A stretch of 40,687 bases of DNA. It comes from a virus (lineage: Duplodnaviria > Caudoviricetes). This document shows, piece after piece, positions 1-9,839 of this stretch. The stretch's first letter is position 1; each line of letters begins with the position of its first letter. The stretch lies in IMG/VR virus record IMGVR_UViG_3300026737_000004, positions 1-40,687 of that record; one strand, 5' to 3'. Under the pieces are notes generated by a model. That model worked only from the letters and a program-made list of their open reading frames with translations. It searched no databases and had not been told where the DNA came from. Position numbers and translations under genes: made by a program.

Positions 1-24
1 TGTATACGCTAAGCTGACGCCGCG
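1..24 (-). repeat. Inverted copy of 40547-40570 (fold-back at contig start)
   Basis: TGTATACGCTAAGCTGACGCCGCG is the exact reverse complement of CGCGGCGTCAGCTTAGCGTATACA at 40547-40570. Confidence 0.95.
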
Positions 25-150
25 GCGTATACAAAATCCCCTTTTCAACATATCCCTTTTAAATAAGTTGGAGGTGAAAAAATGTCCAGAAACGCAAAAC
101 CTATTTCGCTTAGCGTAATAGAGGGCGGTAAAAAACCGCACCGCAGTAAT
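25..150 (+). repeat. Terminal direct repeat, 126 bp, identical to 40562-40687 (circular assembly overlap)
   Basis: Exact match GCGTATACAAAATCCCC...CCGCACCGCAGTAAT at both ends. Confidence 0.95.
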
Positions 151-585
151 AAAGAAATTAAAAAAAGAAAAAAAGCGGAAAAAAAATTAAGGCCAAAATC
201 TGATGACATTGATCGCCCCGACTGGCTTAAGCATGATACTATTGCTCAGCGAGAATGGAGAAAAATAGTACCAGAACTAAAACGATTGGACCTGCTTTCT
301 AATATAGATACAACTGCTTTAGCTTTATATTGTGAAGCTGTATCCGAATATGTAGATGCAGTAAAACAATTAAGAAAAGAAGGAACAACTATTAAATATA
401 CAAACACCAAAGGTGAAACAAACACTATCAAACATCCAGCGCTGCAGGTAAAAAAAGATAATTATCAAGTCATAAAAGATATGCTGAAAGAGTTTGGATT
501 AACTCCATCAGCCAGAGCTAGTTTAGCAATAAATTTTGAAGGAGCTGATAATGAAGCTGAGGATGAAGAATTCAGCGATATATAA
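82..585 (+). CDS. terS: Phage terminase small subunit, P27 family
   Basis: PDWL...AQREW...LALYCEA...HPAL...EFGLTPSAR pattern; GGAGG RBS; directly upstream of TerL. Confidence 0.9.
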   Translation: MSRNAKPISLSVIEGGKKPHRSNKEIKKRKKAEKKLRPKSDDIDRPDWLKHDTIAQREWRKIVPELKRLDLLSNIDTTALALYCEAVSEYVDAVKQLRKEGTTIKYTNTKGETNTIKHPALQVKKDNYQVIKDMLKEFGLTPSARASLAINFEGADNEAEDEEFSDI

Positions 586-591
586 AGAGAT

Positions 592-2310
592 GTGATTATT
601 GTGGAGTTAAAAGATTTGTTGGTTGAGTATTCAAAGCAAGTTATTAATGACCAAGTACCTAGCTGTCAAAAGCACAAATGGGCTTGTCAAAGATTTCTGA
701 ATGATTTAGAAAAAGAAAATACAAAAGACTTCCCGTATATCTTTGATAATGATAAAGCTATGCGGTTTTTTAGGTTTATGAAAAAGTTTAAACATACAAA
801 AGGAATATTAGCCGGAGAATATAAAGATCCGGCGCCTATAGAATTATTTATTTTTGGAAATATATATGGCTGGTATCATAATGAAACTGGGTATAGGAGA
901 TTCAGAAAAGGATACTGGCAAGTCGGCAGAAAAAACGCTAAGTCGCAAGATCTATCAATTGTTGGTTTATATGAAACTGCAGGCTTAAAAGTTAATGCAA
1001 GCGAAGTTTATATCGGAGCCACAAAATCAGACCAGGCTAAAATAGTCTGGAATGAAGCTAATATGATTTATCCTAAAAGTGATTTTGCAAATAAATTTGA
1101 AACAAAATACGGAAAAATTATTCACCCTAAATCAAATTCTTTTATGAAAGCATTATCCAAAGAGGACCAGAAAACTGGAGACGGTTTAAATCCTCAATGC
1201 GGAATTATTGATGAATATCATGCTCACAAAACATCAGAAGTATATGACATATTAGTTTCTGGAATGGGGGCTAGGAGACAGCCTTTATTAATGACAATCA
1301 CAACAGCTGGTTTTGAAATTAGCAATCCATGCTACAGAGTCGAATATAAATATATATCACAAATATTAAATCCAAACAACCCAGTTAACAATGAAGAATA
1401 CTTTGTAATGGTTAATGAGCTCGATAAAAATGAAGATGGAGAACTTGTAGATGATATAAAAGACGAAAGCAGCTGGATAAAAGCTAATCCAATTTTAGCA
1501 AGCTATGATGAAGGTATAAACTATTTAAAAAGCGAATTAAAAACTGCCTTAGATGTTCCTGAAAAAATGAAAAACTTTCTTACTAAAAATATGAATGTCT
1601 GGGTTAATGCAAAAGATAATGGCTACATGAATTTAGGTAAATGGAAGTCTTGTGGTAACAAGGAAATACCAGATTTATCAGATGCAACAGTGTTTTTAGG
1701 ATTAGATTTATCAACCAAATTAGATTTAACAAGTGTAGGATTTGTATTTTTATTGCCTTCGGGAGAAATAGTAGTTAAATCTCATTCTTTTTTGCCTGAA
1801 GATAGATTAGAAGAAAAATTAAAAACAGATAAAATAGAATATGATTTATGGGTTAAACAAGGTTGGATTACTCTAACAGATGGCTCAACTATAGATTATA
1901 GATATATAACAGACTACATTATAGAACAAGAAAAGAAATCAGAATGGAGCATTAATGAAATTTGTTTTGACCCGTATCAAGCTACTCAATTTGCGCAGGA
2001 ATTAGCCGATTATGGTTATGAAATGGTTGAAATAAGACAGGGTGTAAAAACCTTAAGCGAACCTACAAAAGATTTTAGAGCTCAAGTTTATACTAAAAAT
2101 GTAATCCATGATAATAATCCCGTTTTAACATGGGCTATAGGAAATGCGGTTACTCGTCAAGACCATAATGAAAATATTCAGCTTGATAAAGATAAATCAG
2201 TCCAAAGGATTGATCCAATTGCAGCTGTTGTAAATGGATATGTTAGAGCAATGGTAAATGAACCTCCTAAAAAATCAGTTTATGAAGAAAGAGGTATCAG
2301 AACGCTTTAG
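592..2310 (+). CDS. terL: Phage terminase large subunit (Terminase_1, cos-type group); start may be GTG 601
   Basis: Walker A GRKNAKS, Walker B IIDEYH, ITTAG coupling motif, GLDLS..DLT nuclease motif, C-terminal RIDPIAA. Confidence 0.95.
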   Translation: MIIVELKDLLVEYSKQVINDQVPSCQKHKWACQRFLNDLEKENTKDFPYIFDNDKAMRFFRFMKKFKHTKGILAGEYKDPAPIELFIFGNIYGWYHNETGYRRFRKGYWQVGRKNAKSQDLSIVGLYETAGLKVNASEVYIGATKSDQAKIVWNEANMIYPKSDFANKFETKYGKIIHPKSNSFMKALSKEDQKTGDGLNPQCGIIDEYHAHKTSEVYDILVSGMGARRQPLLMTITTAGFEISNPCYRVEYKYISQILNPNNPVNNEEYFVMVNELDKNEDGELVDDIKDESSWIKANPILASYDEGINYLKSELKTALDVPEKMKNFLTKNMNVWVNAKDNGYMNLGKWKSCGNKEIPDLSDATVFLGLDLSTKLDLTSVGFVFLLPSGEIVVKSHSFLPEDRLEEKLKTDKIEYDLWVKQGWITLTDGSTIDYRYITDYIIEQEKKSEWSINEICFDPYQATQFAQELADYGYEMVEIRQGVKTLSEPTKDFRAQVYTKNVIHDNNPVLTWAIGNAVTRQDHNENIQLDKDKSVQRIDPIAAVVNGYVRAMVNEPPKKSVYEERGIRTL

Positions 2311-2327
2311 AAGGGAGTGATCTGAAT

Positions 2328-2474
2328 GTGAATATAAATTTTAATGATTTTGTATTTTTTATAGGAATGATAATTTCAGGTGCTGGTTTATGGTTATGGA
2401 GCCCGGCGCTTAGTCTTACAGTAATAGGAATAATACTAATGCTGGCTAGTTGGTTTTGGGAAGGTGGTAATTGA
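2328..2474 (+). CDS. Small two-TM membrane protein between terL and portal (48 aa, not in ORF track)
   Basis: GTG...TGA; translation MNINFNDFVFFIGMIISGAGLWLWSPALSLTVIGIILMLASWFWEGGN; GGGAGTGA RBS; stop overlaps portal ATG. Confidence 0.75.
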   Translation: MNINFNDFVFFIGMIISGAGLWLWSPALSLTVIGIILMLASWFWEGGN

Positions 2475-4450
2475 TGGGTATTATATCAAGTATAAAAAGC
2501 AATATAAGCAGTTTAAATAGTCCAGGTCAATGGCTTTTAAATATGTTCTCTGGACCAACTTCAAGCGGTGTCAATGTAAATGAAGATAATGCTATTACTT
2601 ATTCAGCTGTTCATAATGCAATTACTATATATTCTGAAATTGCAGCAATGTTACCTCTTAATATATATAAAAGATTAGATCCTAGAGGTAAAGAAAAAGC
2701 GACCACTCATCATTTATATAAAATTTTACACGATCAACCAAACCCAGAAATGACATCATTTGTGTTTAGGGAAACTTTAATGGGACACTTATTGACTTAC
2801 AGAAACGCTTATGCAGAAATAGAATATGATAATGCTAACCGAGTTAAAGCATTATGGCCGTTACTGCCAGACAGAACATGGCCGGAAAGGGACAAAAAGA
2901 CTCAAGAACTATACTATAAAACTGTTTTGCCAGGTGGAAAAGGGGTAAAGCTTCCTTCAAAAAGAGTATTTCATGTGCCAGGCAGAAGCAACAATGGAGT
3001 GAAAGGGATTAATTTAATCCAATTGATGAAAGAATCTATAGGAACAGGTTTAGCTCTTGAAAAATATGGTGCTAAATTTTTTGATAACAATGGTACACCT
3101 AGCGGTGTTTTAGAACATCCGGGTGAATTGTCGGATCCCGCTCATGATCATCTTAAAAAAGACTGGGAATCGAAACACGGTGGATTAGATAATGCTCATA
3201 GAATTGCGATTCTTGAAGAAGGATTAACTTGGAAACAAATTGGAATTTCTCCAGAAGATGCGCAAATGCTAGAAAGCAAAAAATTTCAAATAACTGAAAT
3301 AGCTCGTTGGTTTAACATACCTCCTCATATGCTTAAAGATATGGAAAGAGCAACTTTTTCAAATATTGAGCAGCAATCTTTAGAATTCGTTATTTATTAT
3401 TTAACTCCTTGGCTAAAAAGATTTGAACAACAAATACAAAAAGATTTAATTAAAAACAATTCTTATTTTGCTGAGTTTCTTGTAGATGCTTTATTAAGAG
3501 GGGATATTGAAAGCAGATATAACGCTTATTCCAAAGGTATTCAAAATGGTTTCTTAAGTCCAAACGATGCAAGAGAAAAAGAAAATATGAATCCTAAAGA
3601 AGGTGGAGACCAAACATTTATTCCTTTAAATTTAATTCCTTTAAATGCTGATAACCCTAAAATAAATGATAGAAGCAACAAATCTGTAAAAAAAAACAAA
3701 ATTGAAATGAAAGCTAGAAGATCAGCTGCCGGAAGAAGAAATATTGCGTTAAGATATCAAAAAGTAATAAAAAATTCTGCTGAACAGATGGTTGATAAAG
3801 AAGTTAAAATTGTTAGGGATAAAGCAATTGAAGAATTATCAGAAAGAAATGCAGGTGGTTTTCAAAGATGGCTAGAAGAGTTTTATGAAAAATTCAAAAC
3901 AGAAATAAAAAATTCAATGAAACCAGCAATTAAAACAATGGCAGAAGCTATTGCAGAAGAGGCGGGCAAAGAAGTAAATATAGAAGATTTATCAGACATC
4001 AAAGGACTTGATAACTTTATTGAAAAGTATATTGAGTCTTTTTCTTATAGATATAGTAGTTATTCAAAAAACCAGTTAAATGCATTAGTTAAAGAAGCTT
4101 TAAATTCAGATCAAGATCCACTTGAGTTAATTGAGCAACGGCTCGATGAGTGGAAAGAGAAAAGACCGAATAAAGTAGCTAAACAAGAAAGTATTAAAAG
4201 TGCTGGTGCTTTTAGCAAATTTGCTTTTTCAGCTGCAGGAATTTCAGAACTAATATGGGTGACAATGGGTAACGACCCTTGTCCATATTGCATTGAAATG
4301 AATGGCAAAAGAATTGGAATTGAAAGCGATTTTCTGAGCGCAGGAGAAAGCTTGAATCCAGAAGAAGCTGAAGGAGAAATGCAGGTATCCAGCAACATAG
4401 GTCATCCTCCATTACATGAAGGGTGCGAATGTGGGATTAGCCCAGGTTAA
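2474..4450 (+). CDS. HK97-family portal protein fused to a C-terminal MuF/SPP1 gp7-like head morphogenesis domain
   Basis: First ~390 aa carry portal motifs (QPNPEMT, ILEEG, IARWFNIPP, TFSNIEQ, SPNDAREKEN); C-terminus has WVT...CPYC...HPPLHEGCEC. Confidence 0.9.
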   Translation: MGIISSIKSNISSLNSPGQWLLNMFSGPTSSGVNVNEDNAITYSAVHNAITIYSEIAAMLPLNIYKRLDPRGKEKATTHHLYKILHDQPNPEMTSFVFRETLMGHLLTYRNAYAEIEYDNANRVKALWPLLPDRTWPERDKKTQELYYKTVLPGGKGVKLPSKRVFHVPGRSNNGVKGINLIQLMKESIGTGLALEKYGAKFFDNNGTPSGVLEHPGELSDPAHDHLKKDWESKHGGLDNAHRIAILEEGLTWKQIGISPEDAQMLESKKFQITEIARWFNIPPHMLKDMERATFSNIEQQSLEFVIYYLTPWLKRFEQQIQKDLIKNNSYFAEFLVDALLRGDIESRYNAYSKGIQNGFLSPNDAREKENMNPKEGGDQTFIPLNLIPLNADNPKINDRSNKSVKKNKIEMKARRSAAGRRNIALRYQKVIKNSAEQMVDKEVKIVRDKAIEELSERNAGGFQRWLEEFYEKFKTEIKNSMKPAIKTMAEAIAEEAGKEVNIEDLSDIKGLDNFIEKYIESFSYRYSSYSKNQLNALVKEALNSDQDPLELIEQRLDEWKEKRPNKVAKQESIKSAGAFSKFAFSAAGISELIWVTMGNDPCPYCIEMNGKRIGIESDFLSAGESLNPEEAEGEMQVSSNIGHPPLHEGCECGISPG

Positions 4451-4455
4451 AGGAG

Positions 4456-5079
4456 GTGAATCACTTGGGAAAAGGATTTGAATCTAGATTAGTAAAAACA
4501 AATTTTGAAATCAAAGCCGAAGAAGAAAATAGCAAAAAAATTGTTGGCTATGCAGCTTTATTTGATGACCCAGCTCCAGAAACATGGGGCTTTATTGAAA
4601 AAATAGCGCCTGGAGCATTTGAAGAAGCACTAAAAACATCAGATGTAAGAGCTTTAATAAACCACGATGCTAATTTGCTATTAGGAAGAAATAAATCAGG
4701 AACTCTACAGTTGAAAGAAGATGAAAGAGGTTTATATTATGAAATTGAACCTCCAAATACTACTTATGCTGCCGATTTAATGGAATCTATGAAAAGAGGA
4801 GATATAAATCAATCCTCATTTCAATTTAAAGTTGATATCGAAGAATGGGATGAGACTGGAGATATTCCAGTTAGAACAATAATTAAAGTAAAAGAATTAA
4901 GAGATGTAAGTCCAGTTACTTTTCCCTGGTATCCAAATTCAGAGTCTGGCTTAAAATCTAAAGAAGATGTCTATAAAAGGCATCTTGAAAACAAAAACAA
5001 TGATCATGAAGTTATAGAAAAAAGAAAAAAAGAATTAAAAAGAATAAAACACCACAATATATTATTAGGAGTTGATTGA
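4456..5079 (+). CDS. HK97-family prohead protease
   Basis: IVGYAALFD, FIEKIAPGAF, LINHD, LLGR, SSFQF, DVSPVTFPWY motifs. Confidence 0.93.
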   Translation: MNHLGKGFESRLVKTNFEIKAEEENSKKIVGYAALFDDPAPETWGFIEKIAPGAFEEALKTSDVRALINHDANLLLGRNKSGTLQLKEDERGLYYEIEPPNTTYAADLMESMKRGDINQSSFQFKVDIEEWDETGDIPVRTIIKVKELRDVSPVTFPWYPNSESGLKSKEDVYKRHLENKNNDHEVIEKRKKELKRIKHHNILLGVD

Positions 5080-6338
5080 GAATGACCCTTGAAGAATTAA
5101 GAGCGCGTTTAGCAGAAATAGAAGAAAGAATGGAAGAATTAGCCGGCGAAGATTTTCAAATGAAAGATTCAGAAGCTAAAGAATATGATGAATTAGCCAA
5201 AGAACATTCTGAAGTTCGCAAAAAAATAGAAAGAATTACTGCTTTAGAAGGAGTGAGAGATTATAACTCTCAGACTCAAAATTCAGCTATAAGACCACCT
5301 GTTCCAGAAGATGATAACGGCGGCGAAGGTAGAGAAGGCATGCCAAAAGATGGAGAATTCAAAAACCTTGGAGATTTTTTGTATCACGCTAGATATGAGC
5401 CAAATGACTCTCGGGTAAAAGAATTAAGAAATATGGCAATGGAAGATGGAGCCTCTGGAGGGCTTTTAGTTCCTGAAAAGTTTTCTACAGAAATATTAAA
5501 ACTAGATCCTGAAGCGGCAATAGTAAGGCCGAGAGCGACTGTTATTCCTGCTGGTTCTAATCCGGACGCTGCAATGAATTTTCCTGCTATGCAGCAGGGC
5601 AGTAAAGGAGTATATGGCGGCGTTAATTTCAGTTGGACAGCTGAGCAAGAAACAAAACCAGAAAAAGACGGTCCTAAATTAAGAGACATCAAACTAGAGC
5701 CTGAAGAAGCTTCTGGTTGGATTTCTGTTTCAAATAAACTACTTAGAAATTCCGAAGCTGCATCACAGTTCTTAACAACCACATTAAGAAATGCTAAATT
5801 AGGGTTTGAAGATTTCCATTTCTTAAGAGGCGATGGTAACTCTAAACCGTTAGGTATCGTGAATTCTAAAGGTGCCATGACTGTAAACAGAAACACATCT
5901 TCAAAGATATTATATGAAGATGTTATAGGTATGGAATCGAAAGTGTATCCAGAGTCCCAAAGCAATGTTATGTGGATTGCAAGTCAAAGCGCTTATTCTG
6001 ATATCAAAGATATGAAAGATTCCGATGGTAAAAGAATTTATACAGATGGGAACTTAGTCAAAGGAGTTCCGGCTATGTTAGATGGAATACCTTTAAAATG
6101 GACAGGGAGAGTTCCTACTTTAGGAAACAAAGGCGATTTAATGCTTGTTGACTTGAGATATTATCTTATCAAAGACGGTTCAGGGCTTTATATTGCAGCT
6201 TCTGAACATGCTGAGTTTAAAGCTAATAAGACAATCATCAAAGTTGTATTTAATGTTGATGGTCAAAGTTGGTTAGAAGAGCCTTTAACTCTAGAAGATG
6301 GAAATACTCAGGTAAGTCCATTAGTTATGTTAGGTTAA
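5076..6338 (+). CDS. Major capsid protein, HK97 fold, with N-terminal coiled-coil delta domain (start TTG 5076 or ATG 5082)
   Basis: GGLLVPE, FLRGDGNSKPLGI, LDGIPL motifs; follows the protease. Confidence 0.93.
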   Translation: MRMTLEELRARLAEIEERMEELAGEDFQMKDSEAKEYDELAKEHSEVRKKIERITALEGVRDYNSQTQNSAIRPPVPEDDNGGEGREGMPKDGEFKNLGDFLYHARYEPNDSRVKELRNMAMEDGASGGLLVPEKFSTEILKLDPEAAIVRPRATVIPAGSNPDAAMNFPAMQQGSKGVYGGVNFSWTAEQETKPEKDGPKLRDIKLEPEEASGWISVSNKLLRNSEAASQFLTTTLRNAKLGFEDFHFLRGDGNSKPLGIVNSKGAMTVNRNTSSKILYEDVIGMESKVYPESQSNVMWIASQSAYSDIKDMKDSDGKRIYTDGNLVKGVPAMLDGIPLKWTGRVPTLGNKGDLMLVDLRYYLIKDGSGLYIAASEHAEFKANKTIIKVVFNVDGQSWLEEPLTLEDGNTQVSPLVMLG

Positions 6339-6346
6339 TTAAAATA

Positions 6347-6369
6347 TAAGGGAGGTTTAGCCTCCCTTA
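6347..6369 (+). terminator. Stem-loop after capsid gene
   Basis: TAAGGGAGG-TTTAG-CCTCCCTTA perfect 9-bp stem followed by an A/T run. Confidence 0.7.
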
Positions 6370-6399
6370 ATTATTTAAAAATTGAGGAGATGAAAATAA

Positions 6400-6849
6400 A
6401 TGAAACGATTGACAGAACAATTAAAGTTAGATAATGCTGTAGAGAGTCAACCTTTAGGAGCTTCCAACACTACAGGAGATTATTTTGATATGACCCAGTA
6501 TAGAGATGCAATGTTTGTATTAAACTCTGGAGCTTTAGCGAACACTAATCTAATTAAGCTAGAGATTTTACAGGCTAAAGATGAGTCTGGAACTGATTCC
6601 AAAGCTGTTAAAGATGCAGACGGCAACCCGATTATTGTTGAATTTACTAATGAAACTGGAGCTGGTGTTGATTCAGCTAAGCTAATTGCAGAAGTGCAAG
6701 GACCTTTAATGGATACCAATAACGGATTTACTCACTTGGCAGCTAAAATAACTTCTGATGATGCTTCTTCAAATTTATCTTGTGATTTAATTAGAGGAAA
6801 TGCAAGGTTTATGCCTACACAAGATGCAGATAATATGGTAGTAGCTTAA
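6400..6849 (+). CDS. Putative capsid decoration/cement protein
   Basis: Position right after the capsid gene, beta-rich 149 aa, GAGGAG RBS. Confidence 0.55.
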   Translation: MKRLTEQLKLDNAVESQPLGASNTTGDYFDMTQYRDAMFVLNSGALANTNLIKLEILQAKDESGTDSKAVKDADGNPIIVEFTNETGAGVDSAKLIAEVQGPLMDTNNGFTHLAAKITSDDASSNLSCDLIRGNARFMPTQDADNMVVA

Positions 6850-6856
6850 TAATTAT

Positions 6857-6878
6857 AGCCCCTTAATTGGGGCTTTTT
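6857..6878 (+). terminator. Rho-independent terminator
   Basis: AGCCCC-TTAATT-GGGGCT-TTTT. Confidence 0.75.
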
Positions 6879-6893
6879 CATGGAGGTGAAAAC

Positions 6894-7178
6894 ATGGATG
6901 TTATAAGCAATGGGTTACGATATAAAGGTAAAGAAATTCCTAAAGGCAAAGAAATCAAAAGTGTTCCAAACGGGTTGGCAGCTAGGTGGTTAAGAATGGG
7001 ATTTGCAAAAGCTAAAGATGGTTATGAAAAACAAGTAAAACCTCCAGTTGAAAAAGCAGAGGATAAAAAAGAAGTTGAGTTTCCAAAGCATACTGGTGGA
7101 GGTTGGTATGTTTTAAGCAATGGTGAAAAAATTAGAGGAGAAGATGAAGCGATAGCTGCAGAAAAAGAATTGGGGTGA
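6894..7178 (+). CDS. Hypothetical head-region protein (start ATG 6894)
   Basis: GGAGGTGA RBS before ATG; C-terminal PKHTGGGWYVLSNGEKIRG module. Confidence 0.7.
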   Translation: MDVISNGLRYKGKEIPKGKEIKSVPNGLAARWLRMGFAKAKDGYEKQVKPPVEKAEDKKEVEFPKHTGGGWYVLSNGEKIRGEDEAIAAEKELG

Positions 7179-7182
7179 TTAA

Positions 7183-7758
7183 ATGCCTCTAAATGAAAAT
7201 GCTTTAACTACAGTCGATAGATTAAAGCTGCCAATAGACAATACAAGTATTGAAATCTATATAAATGCTGCAAGTGATGTAATAGAAAATTATTGCAACA
7301 CTAAATTCAATAAAAAGCCCAGGAGTTTAAATTTAAAATCAGATGGCGGCAAATATCTTATGATCAATTACTGGAATATTGAATCAGTAGAACAGATCTT
7401 AAATGATGATGAAGAAATTACTGAATATACTATTTTAGCTGAAAAGGGTATGTTATACAAAAAAGATGAGTGGCCTGAATTAGATGATTATGATTTAGAA
7501 GTTAATTTTACAGCCGGGTTTATTTTACCAAAAGATGCTACTGCAGAAAGTCCATCTACATTGCCGGGCGGAATAGAAAATGCCTGCATCTTAATTGCTC
7601 AAGATTTATATTGGGAACAGCAAAGAAATCCAATAATCGAAAGTCAGTCCAGAGGTGGTGTCTCTACAAAATACTTAAGCAAAAGAGTTACTGTATATGA
7701 AAAACTACCAGGTCCGGCATTGGCTTTGCTTAAGAATTGGAGGTTTACTCCATGTTAA
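7183..7758 (+). CDS. Head-tail connector/adaptor (gp6-like)
   Basis: LTTV..LK, INAASDVIENYC, LP..IENAC..IA pattern; synteny. Confidence 0.8.
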   Translation: MPLNENALTTVDRLKLPIDNTSIEIYINAASDVIENYCNTKFNKKPRSLNLKSDGGKYLMINYWNIESVEQILNDDEEITEYTILAEKGMLYKKDEWPELDDYDLEVNFTAGFILPKDATAESPSTLPGGIENACILIAQDLYWEQQRNPIIESQSRGGVSTKYLSKRVTVYEKLPGPALALLKNWRFTPC

Positions 7759-8099
7759 TTAAAGATGAATCCTTTGAAACAGTTTTAATAAAAGAAAAAA
7801 TTGAAAATGGTTACACAGATACTGAGACTGGGCAATGGGTTTCTGCAGGTGAAAAGTTAGTCGCCACTTGTGAAGCTGATATCCAACCTTCAAATTCTAA
7901 TGTAAAACACACCGAAACGCAGACTGAATTTGAATCTGATCATATTATGTTTGTTAATAAAACAGATATAAATTATGAAGATTCATATTCAAAAATAAAA
8001 AAAGGATATGCGGCTATTGATGAAACGGGAAATGAATATGATATTGTTTTCTCTGGCGATTGGCTTGAACACCTAGAAATAGAATTAAAAAGGAGTTAA
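7752..8099 (+). CDS. Head closure/stopper protein (start ATG 7752)
   Basis: Synteny; GGAGG RBS; beta-rich ending HLEIELKR. Confidence 0.65.
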   Translation: MLIKDESFETVLIKEKIENGYTDTETGQWVSAGEKLVATCEADIQPSNSNVKHTETQTEFESDHIMFVNKTDINYEDSYSKIKKGYAAIDETGNEYDIVFSGDWLEHLEIELKRS

Positions 8100-8101
8100 T
8101 T

Positions 8102-8575
8102 ATGGAAGATGGCATTAGTGCAGAAATGCTTGGAGCTGAAGAAGCAATAGCAAATACTGAAGCTTTTTTGCAATCTGAAGAAAAAATGGTTGAAGAAGCA
8201 ATAAAATTTCTTTTAGAAATGATGTATGAACATGCACAATTAACTGGAGACTATAATGACATAACCGGTGCTTTAAGAGCTAGTTTATCTATAAATATTG
8301 AAGCAATGGACACTTACAAAACTAAAGCAGAAGCATTATCTCATCTGCCAGAAAATAGAGAAGCAAAAGTAAAAGTTGATGGTGATGATTATATCGGTGC
8401 TTTATATGCTGGAATGTGGTATGCGGCTATTGTAGAAAGCAAAAAAGGATACAGCGTTATTCAGGGGACTATTGATAATTTCGAACCCTTAGCTGAACAA
8501 TATCTTGCTTACAAAATGAATGCCAGGAGTGTTAGACAGCAAGCTGCTATCAGTCTGAAATACTATAACGGGTGA
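8102..8575 (+). CDS. Tail completion protein, HK97 gp10-like
   Basis: YNDITGALRASL and AGMWYAAIVE motifs; synteny. Confidence 0.7.
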   Translation: MEDGISAEMLGAEEAIANTEAFLQSEEKMVEEAIKFLLEMMYEHAQLTGDYNDITGALRASLSINIEAMDTYKTKAEALSHLPENREAKVKVDGDDYIGALYAGMWYAAIVESKKGYSVIQGTIDNFEPLAEQYLAYKMNARSVRQQAAISLKYYNG

Positions 8576-8579
8576 TTAA

Positions 8580-9020
8580 ATGAATGTAGATAAAATTTTA
8601 ACGGCAGTCATACTCAGAATTTTAAATGACAAAAACATTATTGATGAAACTGATTTATTAGATATTCTCGGAGAATTAAAAGGTAACAAAGGTGCTAAAA
8701 AGCCAACTGGAGCGACTAACCCTTATTTTACTGTCAATAATATGCCAGTGAATAATAATACCGATACTACTGCAAAAAACGGCACAATATTAATTAGTTG
8801 CTTTGTAGATAATTTAGACGGCGGAATTGCAGATACTCAAAAATTAGGAGAAGTTGGGAGCCGCCTTGAAGAATTGTTTGATGATAAACCTTTAGAGATT
8901 GAAGGTTATACTAACTATAATTTAGAAGTTAACTCAATTTCTAACCCTCAATTTGACCCTGATGATCCGGATGAACATTTTATTACTGTAAGGCTTGGAT
9001 TTAACATTATTAAAAAATAA
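8580..9020 (+). CDS. Tail terminator protein (putative)
   Basis: Directly upstream of the tail tube gene; ~146 aa with PYFTV motif. Confidence 0.65.
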   Translation: MNVDKILTAVILRILNDKNIIDETDLLDILGELKGNKGAKKPTGATNPYFTVNNMPVNNNTDTTAKNGTILISCFVDNLDGGIADTQKLGEVGSRLEELFDDKPLEIEGYTNYNLEVNSISNPQFDPDDPDEHFITVRLGFNIIKK

Positions 9021-9033
9021 GAGGTGAATATAA

Positions 9034-9804
9034 ATGCCAGGAACTAAAACAGAGTTAGATACTAAAAAAATTAATTTAGGACCATGTTTGGTTAAATATG
9101 GCGGCGTTGAATTAGGAAGAACAGAAGGAGAAACAATATTCAGGTTTACTACTGAATATCAAACCGAATCAACTGAAGAAGATGGAGACGTTATGGATAT
9201 TGTATTAAACCATAACGGAGAATTAGAAATTCCGATAGTGTACACTGACCCTGCATCTGTTGCAAAAACAATACCGTGGGCTGAATTAACCACTGGAGCT
9301 AATGGAGATGATCTATTAAAAGTAGGCTCAGCGATTGGAGAAGTAATGAACAATTATGCTGATGTAATCACTATACATCCATTAGCTAAAGATGATGCTG
9401 ATAAATCAGCGGATATTGTCCTGCCATCTGCTTATCCAATGCCACAGACATTAGAATTTGGCCACAGTAGAACAGGCAAAAGAATGAACAATACTAACTT
9501 TAAGTGTCAGAAAGACTCCAATGGAGATTACTTTACTCTTGGAGACAATTCTATTGTTGCTAAACCAGTTGCAAGTGTTGAGTCAGGAACTTATGACACA
9601 GCTCAAACAGTAGAATTAACATCAAGTACTACAGGAGCAGAAATTTATTACACAACTGATGGTACTGAACCTACTACAGGCAGCACATTATATGCTGGTT
9701 CAATTACAGTTGATAGTGCTCAAGAAATCAAAGCATTTGCTACTAAGGCAGATATGATTGATTCTGAGATTGTAAGTTACTTTTACGCTGGTACATTAAC
9801 TTAA
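9034..9804 (+). CDS. Major tail (tube) protein with C-terminal Fn3-like (CHB_HEX_C-like) domain
   Basis: INLGPC.V.YGG.ELGRTEG tube start; C-terminal SGTY...VELTSST.GAEIYYTTDGTEPT...IKAFA. Confidence 0.85.
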   Translation: MPGTKTELDTKKINLGPCLVKYGGVELGRTEGETIFRFTTEYQTESTEEDGDVMDIVLNHNGELEIPIVYTDPASVAKTIPWAELTTGANGDDLLKVGSAIGEVMNNYADVITIHPLAKDDADKSADIVLPSAYPMPQTLEFGHSRTGKRMNNTNFKCQKDSNGDYFTLGDNSIVAKPVASVESGTYDTAQTVELTSSTTGAEIYYTTDGTEPTTGSTLYAGSITVDSAQEIKAFATKADMIDSEIVSYFYAGTLT

Positions 9805-9813
9805 TAACAATTT

Positions 9814-9839
9814 AGCCCTGGGAAACCAGGGCTTTTATT
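9814..9839 (+). terminator. Rho-independent terminator after tail tube gene
   Basis: AGCCCTGG-GAAA-CCAGGGCT-TTTATT. Confidence 0.85.
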
